DNA of 53,354 nt from Octopus bimaculoides (taxonomy: Eukaryota). This document shows, piece after piece, positions 1 through 12,489 of this stretch. Each line of letters opens with the position of its first letter. Positions within the stretch are counted from its first letter, which is position 1. Made by a program: the position numbers and the translations under genes. The stretch covers positions 118,484,252 to 118,537,605 of the forward strand of contig NC_068981.1 in the NCBI RefSeq assembly GCF_001194135.2, written 5' to 3'. The notes below the pieces were generated by a model that saw only the letters and a list, made by a program, of their open reading frames with translations, did no database searches and was not told the origin of the DNA.

Positions 1-52
<52 letters not shown>

Positions 53-135
53 TACATATATGCATATATACATATATACATATATGCATATATACATATA
101 TGTATGTGTGTATGTATGAATGTGTGTATGTATCA
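1..135. repeat. (TA)n/(TG)n-type microsatellite
   Basis: Directly visible dinucleotide repeats. Confidence 0.95.
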
Positions 136-339
136 ATTTATTAATTTTCTTTCACTTTCATACAAAAATGGAAAGCAAGACGAAACTGAAAACAAATGAA
201 GCAGTACTGTCATCGATTGCTCTCTGAGTGAAACTTTCACTAAAAGTGTTCGCACAACCAGAACATGCCGTTTGTGGTTCCGCTTTCATCAACATGTCAA
301 TACATGAATTTTGACATCGGCGTGAAAATCGTTATCCTC

Positions 340-411
340 GTTAGTGTCATCGTCATAATCATCATCATCATCATCATAATCGCCATCATCTACGTCGTCC
401 TCGTCATTGTT

Positions 412-452
<41 letters not shown>
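340..452. repeat. (ATC)n microsatellite
   Basis: Direct; it explains the poly-Ile ORF 265-462. Confidence 0.95.
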
Positions 453-453
<1 letters not shown>

Positions 454-766
454 TCTTCTTAGGTCGTCTTACGTTTTGTTCGTATTTTCATCTGCAATTA
501 TGCATCTCCGTTTATGAAAACGTGTATTCAACAGATACTTAGTCATACACGTATAAAATAATTCATAGCCACACGCACAGACACGCACATACTCAATACA
601 TATATACACACACTGGGATATCCACATAGTAATTTCTACTCAAAGGCTTACTTTCATCTAGATATAACGGGAAATACTTAGTGTTACACTGACATGTATA
701 GAAAGAGACATTATAGCAATGCCTTCTATTTCTACGGCCTTATATATACTGTTGCGCAAATCAATA

Positions 767-1050
767 TTGATGCGAGTGTGTGCATCTGTACATGGGGGCT
801 CACACGCACGTCTGCACACACACACACATACACATACGCTTGGACGAAAAGACACACGTGCAGATGCACGCACATACACACACATACGCACACATGCACA
901 CACATACACGCATACACACACATGCGTATTCATTTATGTGTGCATATGTATCTTCGCATGCATGTATGCGTGCATGCTAGTGCGTGCACACACAAGCATG
1001 CACGTGTATATGTGCATGCGCACGCGTGCATGAGCGTGTATACACGAGCA
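767..1050. repeat. Degenerate (CA)n/(TG)n compound microsatellite
   Basis: Direct; it explains the overlapping HT/CV-rich ORFs. Confidence 0.9.
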
Positions 1051-1180
1051 AAGCAAGCGCTGGGGATTGGTATGCGTTGGGGACTGGCATGCGTTGGGGA
1101 TAGAAAACGTTGAGGATTGCTAAATGGTGGTCCTGATCATAGGGCGACACAATACTGTTGCGCAAATCAATACACATTAA

Positions 1181-1343
1181 GGAGGCGAACTGGTAGAAAT
1201 GTTACCGTCTTCCTTTATGGCGTCTTTGCCTTTCATCACTGCGGGGTAGATAAAATAAGTACCCGTTGAGCAATGGGGTCGATGCATTCCACTTACCTCT
1301 CCCACGAATATCGCTGACTTTGTGCCAAAACTTGAAACCAATA
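1181..1343 (+). mobile_element. SINE family A (tRNA-like head), internally deleted copy
   Basis: GGCGAACTGGTAGAA head, then GCCTTTCATC..GGGGTAGATAAAATAAGTACC and CTTTGTGCCAAAA, all shared with the copies at 8106-8330 and 49495-49695. Confidence 0.8.
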
Positions 1344-2111
1344 TATGTACGCATTCACAGACATTTACAAGCAAAAGATAAATAGATACAAATGTATACA
1401 AATGTGTATGTATGTGTGAGAGAGAGAGAACATAAGTTCAAAAAGAACAATTCAGACTTTTTGAGAGATCCAAAAAAAGAGAAAAGGTGGTTTCTAATAA
1501 AGATTCATCATATTCATTAAAGAAACAGCCAGATCAAATAATAACAATATGAAAATAATACTTGAAAAATTTCGTTATAGGTATAAATATACTATAAACA
1601 AGTATTAAAAAATGAAGGAAACAGATGTTGAATCAAAATTAGATTTAATACAAAATTGAATTCAATACGTACGCATGGTTCGGAAGACAATACAAATATG
1701 TAAGAAGAAAATTATAATCATAGTAATTATAATGAAATTCAAGTATTGTCATTCTCATCAGCGTGAAGAATTTTTGGAAGAACATCAAAAAAGAGTTAAT
1801 AAAATAAAATAAAATACAATAAGATAGAATACAGATGGGGTAATAGGGAAAAATTGGATATTTACAAACAAGTTGTAAAAGGGAAAAACAATAATAGTAA
1901 TAATAGTGAGAGAGACGAAAAGGAAAGAAAAAGACATATCAACGTGTTGAATCAAAATTAGATTTAATACAAAATTGAATCCAATACGTTTAAAGAAACA
2001 GTAACAGGTCGAGACGAAGTATAATGTAAACAAGGCCACGTAGAATATAACGCAACAGGTACACTAGCAGAAAAAAGCCATAGAGAGTGATACGCATAAA
2101 TATTAATATTG

Positions 2112-2180
<69 letters not shown>

Positions 2181-3225
2181 CAAGAGGCTTAAAGCTGATA
2201 GGCAAGACTATGTTTGAAAAAGATACAATATTTAAGTAAAAATGTACATACAAGCAGAGAAAAACCAAAAAGAACTGAAAAAGAAAAAGCAACGATCACA
2301 GAAGGACCGGCCGGTGTATTCAAGAGAGATACCATACTCAAAAATTAGCCCGTGGTAGGGGAGACAATAAAAAAAGAATACGAACAAAAACGAATACAGG
2401 AAGGAGAAGAATATTGTAAATTACAAATGACAGAAAAATGTATATATTTAACACATAAGGATATACAGTCATACATATATACATACATACATTCATACAC
2501 ATACACACATACACGCACGCACACACACGTACATACACCCACATATACACATACAAGTGTGCAAGTGTAAGGGAAGATACAAACAAGTAAAATAAAATAA
2601 AAGAGTACGTATTCACATAAGAATATATATTTATACGCATATATACACATACACACGCTTACACACACATATATACATTTATACACACGTACATACAAAT
2701 ACACACATAGAGACAGAGGTAAGGAGAGATTCAGATAAACATGAAAAGACTTGATTAGGCTTGACATCTCTCNNNNNNNNNNNNNNNNNNNNNNNNNNNN
2801 NNNNNNNNNNNNNNNNNNNNNNNNNNNNNNNNNNNNNNNNNNNNNNNNNNNNNNNNNNNNNNNNNNNNNNNNNNNNNNNNNNNNNNNNNNNNNNNNNNNN
2901 NNNNNNNNNNNNNNNNNNNNNNNNNNNNNNNNNNNNNNNNNNNNNNNNNNNNNNNNNNNNNNNNNNNNNNNNNNNNNNNNNNNNNNNNNNNNNNNNNNNN
3001 NNNNNNNNNNNNNNNNNNNNNNNNNNNNNNNNNNNNNNNNNNNNNNNNNNNNNNNNNNNNNNNNNNNNNNNNNNNNNNNNNNNNNNNNNNNNNNNNNNNN
3101 NNNNNNNNNNNNNNNNNNNNNNNNNNNNNNNNNNNNNNNNNNNNNNNNNNNNNNNNNNNNNNNNNNNNNNNNNNNNNNNNNNNNNNNNNNNNNNNNNNNN
3201 NNNATATATATATATATACATATAT

Positions 3226-3383
3226 ACGACGGGCTTCTTTCTGTTTCCGTCTACCAAATCCACTCAAGGCTTTGGTCGGCCCGAGGCTATAGTAGAAGAC
3301 ACTTGCCCAAGGTGCCACGCAGTGGGAATGAACCCGGAACCATGTGGTTGACCGGCAAGCTACTTACCACACAGCCACTCCTG
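3226..3383 (-). mobile_element. SINE family B, 5' half
   Basis: Its reverse complement matches 52000-52170 (GTGGCTGTGTGGTAAG..GGTTCCGGGTTCA..CACCTTGGGCAAGTGTC..GAAAGAAGCCCGTCGTATA). Confidence 0.9.
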
Positions 3384-3599
3384 GCAGCTCCACTGGCGGT
3401 CGGGATGGTAGTCGGTTATAAAGACAGGAAGAGACAAGAAATGAATTAAAGGAGTAGGATAGCAGAGGAGGAAGGAATGCTGAGATTGGGAGAAAGATAC
3501 AAGAAGAAAATAGAAAGAGAAAGAATATGTTTCTTGCATAAGTAAGTAGTAAGTGAGTGCTTAACCATAAATAGGAATGACCATAAAGACTTTACGTAA

Positions 3600-5200
3600 T
3601 AGGCAAACGTGAAATAAAATTCGTGCTAGATGAGAAGATTACATCAGTGAACCAATTAAGTAACGATGAGTTATGATAGCGAAGGATAGCGAGCGATTCC
3701 CTGCAATGCAAACACGGTTGTTAGTATTATATGGGGATTCCCCACAAACTATGCACCTAGATAAGGTATGGGGGATAGTTTTGGACTTTTGGTGGTGTAT
3801 GTATATGCCTAGGGAGCTAGAAAGTCTAGACGCTCCATGTGAATTCCTGTGATCCCGATAGCGGTGTTAAGTGCAGTGCCAGCAATGTAGACCTCAGCCT
3901 GCTGAGAACGTGGACATTATTACTCGTCATGTGTAGCGTAAAATAAACCATCCAGTAGACATAGCTGAGACTCAGAAGTTACAGATTTTCCTAGCAGAGG
4001 TAGGCTTAGAATTAATGCCTTTTCTGATCTGATTCATATGACCTGTCATCCACGAAGTAGGGCCGGAGGAACAATCGTAACTAGTATTGAGGCAGGAGAG
4101 GGCATCATCGTGTTTACATATGGTAGGGTTACTAGTAGTAGGAGTGGTAATACCAGCGTTGCTACTATTGTTAAAGGGGATAGTGATCCCCAAGCCCTAG
4201 AATTAGTATCTGGCGGGTTGGAGTAGAATTGAGAAGGATAGTTCACAGGGTCAAGAGTAAGGCATCCATTGTATTTTGCATCTATTGGAAGATGTAATTA
4301 TAGGTTCTAAGTTTAGTGATGTAGAGTCCGAGATTTTAATCGGAGATTTACTAAAAATTGGAAACTTTTTATGTTGAGGTGGGAAATTAGAGGTTGGGAT
4401 TTTGAAAAATAGTTTGGGTTGAGATCTAATCTGGAGAGAGAATGGTGGCGCGAACCATAAGATCTGCTTTATGCTCTAGGAAGGCTTAGAAGCAGAGAAG
4501 TGACGGTCAGTCCAGATAGGGGAGGCTTAAGATTATTTAACCTCTGAGATGGCCAAAAGCACAGGCGAGTACTGGTTGTTGGGGAATTCAGTTGCAGGCT
4601 GACAGGATGTAGATGAGTAGCAGCAAGTCCGGTGGGCTCAGATTCCGCACTGGGAAAGAGAAGTGCGAGTTTTGGTTTTAGTCTTGCATTGGGGATATAA
4701 GAGACCTCGCAAAAGCCGCTATTCCGGAGGACCTGGTTAATAGTACGGGGCATGATTATTAAAGATATCCTCAACAGCGATAATTTAGAAACCCTAATAG
4801 AAACACCAGTGACAATGCTGCTAAGGTCAAATTTGGGGTGACTGATTAAACAGGACCTTAATACATTGTAGCGATCACTCGGTTTATGGTAAGGGTAATA
4901 CAAGTGCGCATTTAAGTCAATAGTCACGTCTAAGAAGTTAGTATTTTAGTGCGCTTTTCAAATGAGAAAGATTGTACTTCTTAAAGAGCCTATGGGGGGG
5001 GGGGCTTCCATAGGTCTAGTAATTAGAAGTATTAATGGTAGTTAAGTAATGTATGCGGCATAACCACGTGTGTACTAGGTACGACTGGAATGATGTACAA
5101 CCATTTCTCTTATAAAACAGACAGATATTCCAGAAAATTATAACATTGGGATGTGTAGATAATATGGGCATTATGCATAAGGAATTTGAAAGTTAAAAGT
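3600..5200 (-). pseudogene. Decayed Penelope-like element (RT thumb, linker, GIY-YIG endonuclease)
   Basis: Minus-strand translation across frameshifts gives NFLDVTIDLN..YYPYHKP..HP..SIRVSKLS..LRNSGF, then ILWFAPPFS..NFPPQHKKFPIFSKSPIKIS, then CN..CLLDG..EVYIAGT, then HRYRDHRNS..SSLGIYIH..SPYNTNNRVC. This is the PLE RT-linker-GIY-YIG order. It resembles Naiad-type PLEs from memory; clade not verified. Confidence 0.8.
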
Positions 5201-5644
5201 TTCCCCTTGTAGGTTTTGACTTCAGAGCATAATAGCACAGCAAGTTATTTACTCAAACAATATTCAAAAGTTTAACATCAAAGTGAAATACGTTTTACCT
5301 AGTACAGCAATGGCAAGAATGTTGTGGCGCAATATATACCATGCACACATTGTTTGTAAATATGAATCTTACCTCCATATGGTATCTATTTACGACTACC
5401 TAGAGTAATCCAGTGACAGATCTCCTTTCCATTACAAGGACGCAGCGTAAGGCCGTTGACAATACACGTTATCAAGAGCTTTCAGTCGGAAAATACAGCT
5501 TCCGACAGCTGCTACTCACAGTAACATTATCCACGCAAAAACAAATATATACAAAGAAGATAATGTTTGTGTTTACATGAATGTATGTGCATTTGTGTGT
5601 GAAAGTATGTATATGTGTGAGTACGTTTGAGTATATATTAATGA

Positions 5645-5722
5645 GTGTGCATGTGTGTGTGCATGTGTTTGCATGCGTGTGTGTGTGTGTGTGTGCGTGT
5701 GTGCGTGTGTTTGCATGCGTGC

Positions 5723-5797
<75 letters not shown>

Positions 5798-5800
5798 TGT
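5645..5800. repeat. (TG)n microsatellite
   Basis: Direct. Confidence 0.95.
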
Positions 5801-6359
5801 GTGCTTCTGTAGTATGATATCTATTGAATTTGCTGAAATTCTCCAAGTTCTTTTGAACTAATCTTGCAAGAACACGCCACCTCAATCTCTATTACCATTT
5901 ATATGTGTGTTAATAATGTTGATTCACAGATTATGCTATTATTTGTTATTTTGTTTTTTTATTGCTTTTACATCAACAATAGAACAAAATTCAATCCGGA
6001 AACTGAATCACATCAATACACTCACTGCTCCACTACACATTTACACCGGAAATTACGTCACGTTAATCCATGCAAAAACTAATCTAGCGTTTTAAGCCGT
6101 GTTCTTCAACTCCCTTCCACCAACTTCTTTCTTTTTTAAAAATTTGTTCAATTTATTGTTTATTTTTTGTAATTCCTATGAAAGTTTGAACGGAAAAACA
6201 TTTTAAATACCAAAGAAGTTTAAGCACATAACATCATTTATATTACAAAAACTAATACTTAATGCTGCATTATTTAATAACAATTTTAATAGTACATCTG
6301 TTAATAATACTTATCTTACTAATTTGAATATGATGTATATTAAATTCTAATGTAGATGG

Positions 6360-7330
6360 AACATAAACGCTCTCCACTCACATTTACTATCAAGTAAATA
6401 GGGAGAGGTTCATCGTCCTATCTTTTATCAAGTGGTGCTTCAAACGTTTGGTGAGAATGAAGCCGAAAGAAGTGTCCATGTCTCCAACCATCTTAATTTT
6501 GGTTCGAACCACTACCTCTTTTGCAATATCCTTTAGGCATCCAGACAGCAAAACTATAACTCGGTTTTTGCTAACGGAAAGTGATGAAACTGTTCTCACG
6601 ATGATGTCAGCTTATGACTGGACTTGTCCTACATGGCATAACAGTTGTTCAGTATCCGAACATCGGCCAAAAGCAGAGCGGACCGTTTTGTTTCTCTGCA
6701 TTATCCACAAATAGGCTATAATAACGGCACTGCGGTGCCTATAGTGTTTATTCTTACTGGATTTTGCTTTGCCGATCCGGCAATGTTTGAAAATTATTCT
6801 TAGTTTCCGAGTTGAAAGTCTCTCAGAAGTAACAGCTTAGTTGCTTCTCAACAACACCCAGAGAATATCATTCCAAACATTATCACTCATGCTCTTCATG
6901 TAGCGATGACTCACCAGATCCATAGCACACGGACAGCGAGAGTTTGCCAAATTTCCAGAAGCTAGATGCCTAATGTTTGTGTACATTTGGCCCAGGAGGG
7001 TAATTCTGTAAAAGAATCAAACTTCAAGTACCTTAACCAGATTATCGATCCAACCACAAGTGCCGAGGTGCAACCAAACGAAGTTGCCCTGGTTGATGCA
7101 TAGTTTCTTATCAAGTCAAATCTTTTAGTGTAGTGTTGACCACATGATTTCCATTTCAAAGATGTCCAATAGTCGTGCGGGACCAATGACCACATGGATA
7201 GTCGGAACCGGTTACTATGGGTGGTCATTTAGTCTGAAAAAGAGACCGGGGATATCTTCTCAGTTTTCCTTGTATAGATCTACCTGGAATCGTACAATTC
7301 TGCACACTCCTGTTCCCTTCTTTTAAAGTT
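6360..7330 (-). pseudogene. Decayed Tx1/L1-clade LINE ORF2 C-terminal fragment
   Basis: A mostly single minus frame with stops reads EQLLCHVGQVQ..DIIVR..KDIAKEVVVRTKIK..KHHLIKDR, preceded by a degraded zinc-knuckle region. This is like the Tx1-type ORF2 C-terminus. Confidence 0.6.
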
Positions 7331-7364
7331 CTTCTCTTCTGCTTATATTATAAATTATACAAGG

Positions 7365-8870
7365 TGGAAGAAAAGTAGAACCATTTGAGAGGTGGACAAA
7401 ATTCTTTGTAATATTTCTCCCGATTCATTATGATCTGAGTTCAAATCCCACCGAAATCGATTTTGATTTTCAGCCTTTTGAAGTCGATATAATAAGCAGC
7501 AGTCTAGCACTGGGGTCGATGTTACCGACCTATCTGAAAACCTTATTCTTGCTGACTTTGAGCCAAAAATTTAAGACCGTTATTAAGATGGTGAGCTGGC
7601 AGAGTCGTTAACACGTCGGACAAAAGGCTTAGTGTCATTTCTTCCGACAAATTAGGTTATGAGTTCAAGTTTTTCCGAAGCCAACATTCCCTCGATGCAT
7701 AAATACCAGTTGCACCTAAGGGTTGACGTAATTGATTTCCTCTCCTGCCGAAATTGCTTGCACAGTGTCAAAAATTACAAAGAATTATCATTATTGTTGG
7801 CATAATTCTTAGTATCGGACAAAATGTCTTGCGATATTTCATCCGGTATTTTACATTCTTAGTTCAAATTCCACTAAAGTCAGCTCCAATTTTCACTACA
7901 CTGCAGTCGATAACATGATGCACCAGTCAAGACTGGTATCCAATATAACCGTCTATATTCTTCCTCTATGATAAGCGGGAGGTACGTTTTTTTTTTTCCT
8001 ATCGTTGAATCTGTTACTTCATTTGGTCATTATAAATTTAAAGGCGGTTTGTTGACAGAGAGGTTCGAGCGTCAGGTAAAATAGCATACAATATTTAGTT
8101 ACTGTAAGGTGGAGAGCTGGCAGAATCGTTAGCAAGCCGAGTCAAATGCTTAGTGGCATTTTGCTCCCTTCGTTACATTCTGTGTTCAAATTCCGCTGAG
8201 GTCGAATTTGACTTTTATCCTTTTGGGGTTGATAAAATAAGTACCAGTTGAACATTATGGATTGATGTAATCGTCTTATCCCCTCCTCCGAACTTGCTGG
8301 CCTTGTGCCAAAATTTGGACCAATATTTCATTACTATTAGGCAAGCTGCCAAAATCGTTTCCGTGCCGGTAAAAATGCTTAGCAGCATTTCCTCCGACTT
8401 GACATCCTGGGTTCAAATTCCGCTAAGGTCTCCCTTAACTTTCATTCTTTCAGAATCGATAAAATAAGTACCAGACCGAAATTGCTGGACTTGTGCCAAA
8501 AATTCAAATCTTGCAAGTCAATTTTGCCTTTCATCTTTCAGGGAAGGTCAATAAAATAATCGATTAGTCAAGTATTGGAATTTTTTCCTGTTTTTGGAGT
8601 CGTTTTAAACGAATGCTCCCTCCCATCGAATCGTATTTGACCTTGTACCGTTGCTGGAAATTAAGGGATTGGTAAAATAGACTATCGAACGAATATGTTT
8701 TACAGTATTCAACTACATTACGTTCCTAGTTCAAACTCCTCCAAGATTAATATTGTATTTTATCCTTCCGGGGTTGATAAAATAGTGTAACAGTCAAGTA
8801 CTGGACAGGATGTAACTGACTGATCTCTCCATACAAATATTTTTGACCTTGAACAAAAGTCAGAAATGGC
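7365..8870 (+). mobile_element. Head-to-tail array of about 8 diverged SINE family A copies or fragments
   Basis: Recurrent A-box-like GAGCTGGCAGAATCGTTAG, B-box-like GAGTTCAAATTCC, core TTTCATCCTTT..GTCGATAAAATAAGTACCAG and tail CTTGTGCCAAAA. Units start near 7365, 7585, 7795, 8040, 8106, 8338, 8513 and 8680. Confidence 0.85.
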
Positions 8871-10869
8871 GCAGCTGCTGCTGCTGCTGCTTCTTCTGCT
8901 ACTGCTGCTGCTGATAATGATGATGATGATGTTAATCATCATCATTATCATTATCCCTTGGTGAAAATGATCTTGTTTATTCTCTTTGTATCTTTGTTTC
9001 ATTTGTAATTCATTTGCTTTTTATTGCTCTGTTTGCCTTTTCCGTTTTTTTCTTCCTAATTTTATTGTTTCCCCTTTTTCAACTGACTAAAATTAGATCA
9101 CGTCTTTAGAATTGAAAATTTCTTTGAAATTTCATTGTTACGTTTGACTTAAATAACTAATAATGTGGAAGCAGTTACATGTCTTTCAGCAAAAAAAGTT
9201 TCTTTTCAGGAGTTTAATCTTCACAAAAAGAAAAAAAAAAGAAAAACAGGTTTGTAAACCAATGATTATAAAAGAAATGCATAGAAAAAATGTGAAGAAT
9301 ACAAATTTTCATCTGTCCTGTTATTTGCTTTCATGTTGTCAAAATACCCTAGTGACGCAGGTGGTGGAATCCCTGTTCTTATTTTTAAATCGTTTTATTC
9401 TAAGGTTTTGTTTCATATTTTTCTGAAGATAATGTAGTGTCGAATTTTTAGTTCCTCAGTCACCATTTTCTACTAAAACGCATATTAATAGTTTTGTCTC
9501 AATTAATTTTGTTCAGTTTTCAAAATTAAAGTGTGCTTACAGTGGACTAATTTATAGGATACTATCATATCACTTGAAGAATTTCGTGTCTCAGATTTAC
9601 AACACCTATGTTATCTTTTTTACGTATTTTTTTAATGTTACACTTCTTCAAATGATGTAGACTGTCCTTTACATATATTGATATTTGCATTTGGACATCT
9701 GAAGATGGAGGCTTAAAAATCTATCAATAACACTGTTACAATTTTTCTTTTTTTTTTTTTTTCGTCTTTAGTCATTAGGTGTTATTTCGTGTTTGCTTCT
9801 ATCTAGAAATCGAAGGAAATTACTACTACTCCATTCAAACTTTGCTTTTGTCACTTGGACACCAATGTTTTGAAACTGACCTATTTTCCATTACATTTCA
9901 GACAGATTCAGTGCTGAGTTGCTGAGGTAGAAATATTGTTGTAACAAATATTCTACTCAGTACCACAGATTTCCTTGTCAGTTGCTTGACCATAACCACT
10001 TGAGTATTTCCCTTACTGGCTGGCAATATGTGCATCTCTGATCATGAGCAGGAGTAGTGGGAAACATCATAGCCATGTGTTGAGAGGGATACTTTTGGGT
10101 TTTGAATAAATTTAACAAAAGCAAAGTCTGAAGGAAATATTAGGCATTTTTCATACTTTTTAGGGGTAAGCTAATAGGAATTAACAATTGCTACCCAAGG
10201 ACAACAATCGTGTTACACAGTGTAATTTACAGTTCTTGGATATTCTCTTTGCTTGCGCACCTTCGTATTCGTGGTAAAGAACATACATGAATAAATATAA
10301 TAAAGTATGATTACGGATGTTGACACTGGTTGGGATTTATGTGTGCCTCATAAGCATTGTAGAAGATTATGCCACGAGTTTAACGTTTATGCTTGATACA
10401 TGATACTCTCTATACGCAACAAAACTGCAAAAAGCATTTATCGGTCGTTAAGAGAACGTTTTAAGTTTGTGCCATTTTAGTTATAGACTGTAATATTCAC
10501 ATATATTTTATAGTTATTTGCTTTGTTCCATCTATTCTATGATATAAATGTAATGAATTTTTATCCAGTATCCATAAAAAACCTCTGCAAAAGGATGAGG
10601 TCCCTTTATTTATCGAACTTGACTTTGTACTTTAATTTCTCAACATGTACATTGTTTTCACATATATTTGGCAATGTTCTTATTCATTTCAATTCAAGCA
10701 ATTTCTTATTTACTCTTGGTCTTTTATTTTCTTCTTGTCTATTTCTATCGCACTATTTCAAGTTATTTCAAATACTCCCTAATATTTCTATAGCTTTCTC
10801 CCCACCTTCAATTTCCTCATTTCCTTTTGTTACTTATTTCATTCCATCTCTTGCATTTTTTCCATTCAC

Positions 10870-10873
10870 TCTT

Positions 10874-10944
<71 letters not shown>

Positions 10945-11000
10945 CTATCTCTATCTATCTATCTATCTCTCTTTCTCTCTTTCTCTCTCTCTCTCCCTCG
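10870..11000. repeat. (TC)n/(TCTA)n microsatellite
   Basis: Direct. Confidence 0.95.
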
Positions 11001-11717
11001 CTTCGTCTCTACCTCTCTTCTCCCAGTTGCTCTGTCTTCACTCCCTATCTTCATTTGTCACTTAGGGAAATTATAACGATGTCACGCTTCCCGTCGTTAA
11101 GTCTGCATGGGGCCCATTAACGATATCTTTTTTCATGCTAGCTCAATTGAAATATGTACTACGTTTTTTTTCTTTAGATAATAAAGCAGGATGACTGCAT
11201 CATTAACGATTACTTCGTTAGCATGTAATGCAGTTTAATTCTTCCTATATAATTCAAGAAAACAAACTCTTCTCTTAAGCGAAATAGTTAAGTGGACTGC
11301 CCCCGCTCTCGTGGATCTGGAGTCATAACTATCCATTGTTCTCTTGTTATATTTCTTAAGGAAAAATATTCTATTTTAAATTACCTTGGACTTTTAGTCC
11401 AGCGGGAATGATCACCAAGAATCAAGCAATTATTTCAATTTATTAAACCGGTTCTTGGGATAAATGTGAATTACTCTTTTATGATTTAAGCGACTTTAGT
11501 TATAGGACCGCTACCCTGGTGAGAAATCATCTTCAAAGGGTTTAATAGATTACATTAACTTTACTAATTTGTCGAATTTTATCCACAATTTTGGCTAGAT
11601 TTTGAGGAATCAATGAGTACAATAAAAGTATCATGTAGTAAGTAGATCATTCCTAACTGCGATAAACCTTTATTCTCATCGACTTTACTAATCTGCTTTA
11701 ACGAAATTGATAAATTA

Positions 11718-11845
11718 GCACTCCGTCGGTTACGACGAGGAGTTTTCCTTTCCATGTGATCCGATCAAGGGAACAACTTACTCGTGAAATTTACGTGCAA
11801 GTAGTAGTACATTCCACAGACACGCGTACCTTTTACGTATTTCTC
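11718..11845 (-). mobile_element. SINE family C, 3' part
   Basis: Its reverse complement matches 17632-17700 (TTGCACGT.AATTT..GTCGTAACCGACG) and 20390-20450. Confidence 0.75.
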
Positions 11846-12228
11846 AACGGAGATTGTTGTACCTACTTTATAAACGTATAATTTTACTGTTAGAGATCTG
11901 ATTTTTGTATTGCAACAAAGCGTACTTGCTGCAGTTTTGGTTGTTGTTGTTGTTGCTGCTGTTGCTGCTGCTGTGGTCGAAGCTGTTGTTGTTGCTGTAC
12001 TAGCTGTATTCTTGTAGCTTTGTAGTTGTTATTGAAGAAATCCGTTTATACGGAAGATATCAAGATCAAGGCGTCTTAGAGTAATGAGGTAGAATTAATG
12101 CTTGGGAAGGAGTCAGAGGAAAATGAGAACAAGCAGTGAGGTGTAGAAAGTCATAAATATTAATATTTGGGAATATGCTGTACAAGAATGGATCATTGGT
12201 TGAATATTATACATAATGTAACATGTCC

Positions 12229-12448
12229 CTTTACTTGTTTCAGTCATTTGACTGCGGCCATGGTGGAGCACCTCCTTGACGCGTTTTAGTCGAACAAATC
12301 GACCCCAGGGTTTATTATTGTTATTCTTTTTTTAAGCCTAGAACTTATTCTATCGGACTATTTTGTCGAACCGCTAAGTTACGGGACATATATACACCGG
12401 TTGTCTAACGGTGATAGGAGGACAAACACAGACACAAAGGCCCACACA

Positions 12449-12450
<2 letters not shown>
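12229..12450 (-). mobile_element. SINE family B, 3' half, running into (TA)n and a gap
   Basis: TTACTTGTTTCAGTCATTTGACTGCGGCCATG..CGAACCGCTAAGTTACGGG..GACAAACACAGACACA; matches the reverse complement of 52330-52538. Confidence 0.85.

Positions 12451-12489
<39 letters not shown>

Noticed and set aside
1061-1125. G-quadruplex in the G-rich 17-mer repeat
   Set aside because: There are only three GGGG tracts with 12-13-nt loops, and the fourth tract is only GG.
3900-4050. In-frame TGA codons near the Cys motif of the first PLE, as possible selenocysteine recoding (reported for some Naiad PLEs)
   Set aside because: The TGA arises at a frameshift (CN..|ESQLCLLDG), and the element also has TAA/TAG stops. 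Ordinary decay explains it, and I identified no SECIS.
4989-5014. Hairpin CCTATGG/CCATAGG with a G-rich loop, initially suggesting a viral origin-like stem-loop
   Set aside because: It lies inside decayed PLE RT sequence, the stem is only 7 bp, and there are no viral ORFs.
5484-5506. GTCGGAA/TTCCGAC hairpin next to GAAA on the minus strand, as a possible hammerhead upstream of the PLE
   Set aside because: There is no CUGANGA-like core and no stem III/NUH arrangement.
7585-8330. tRNA genes suggested by A/B-box-like motifs
   Set aside because: There is no cloverleaf, and the motifs are heads of repeated SINEs.
9935-10110. Segment that looks like an interspersed repeat I recall from octopus DNA
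   Set aside because: There is only one copy in the window and no diagnostic motif, so I cannot support it from this sequence alone.
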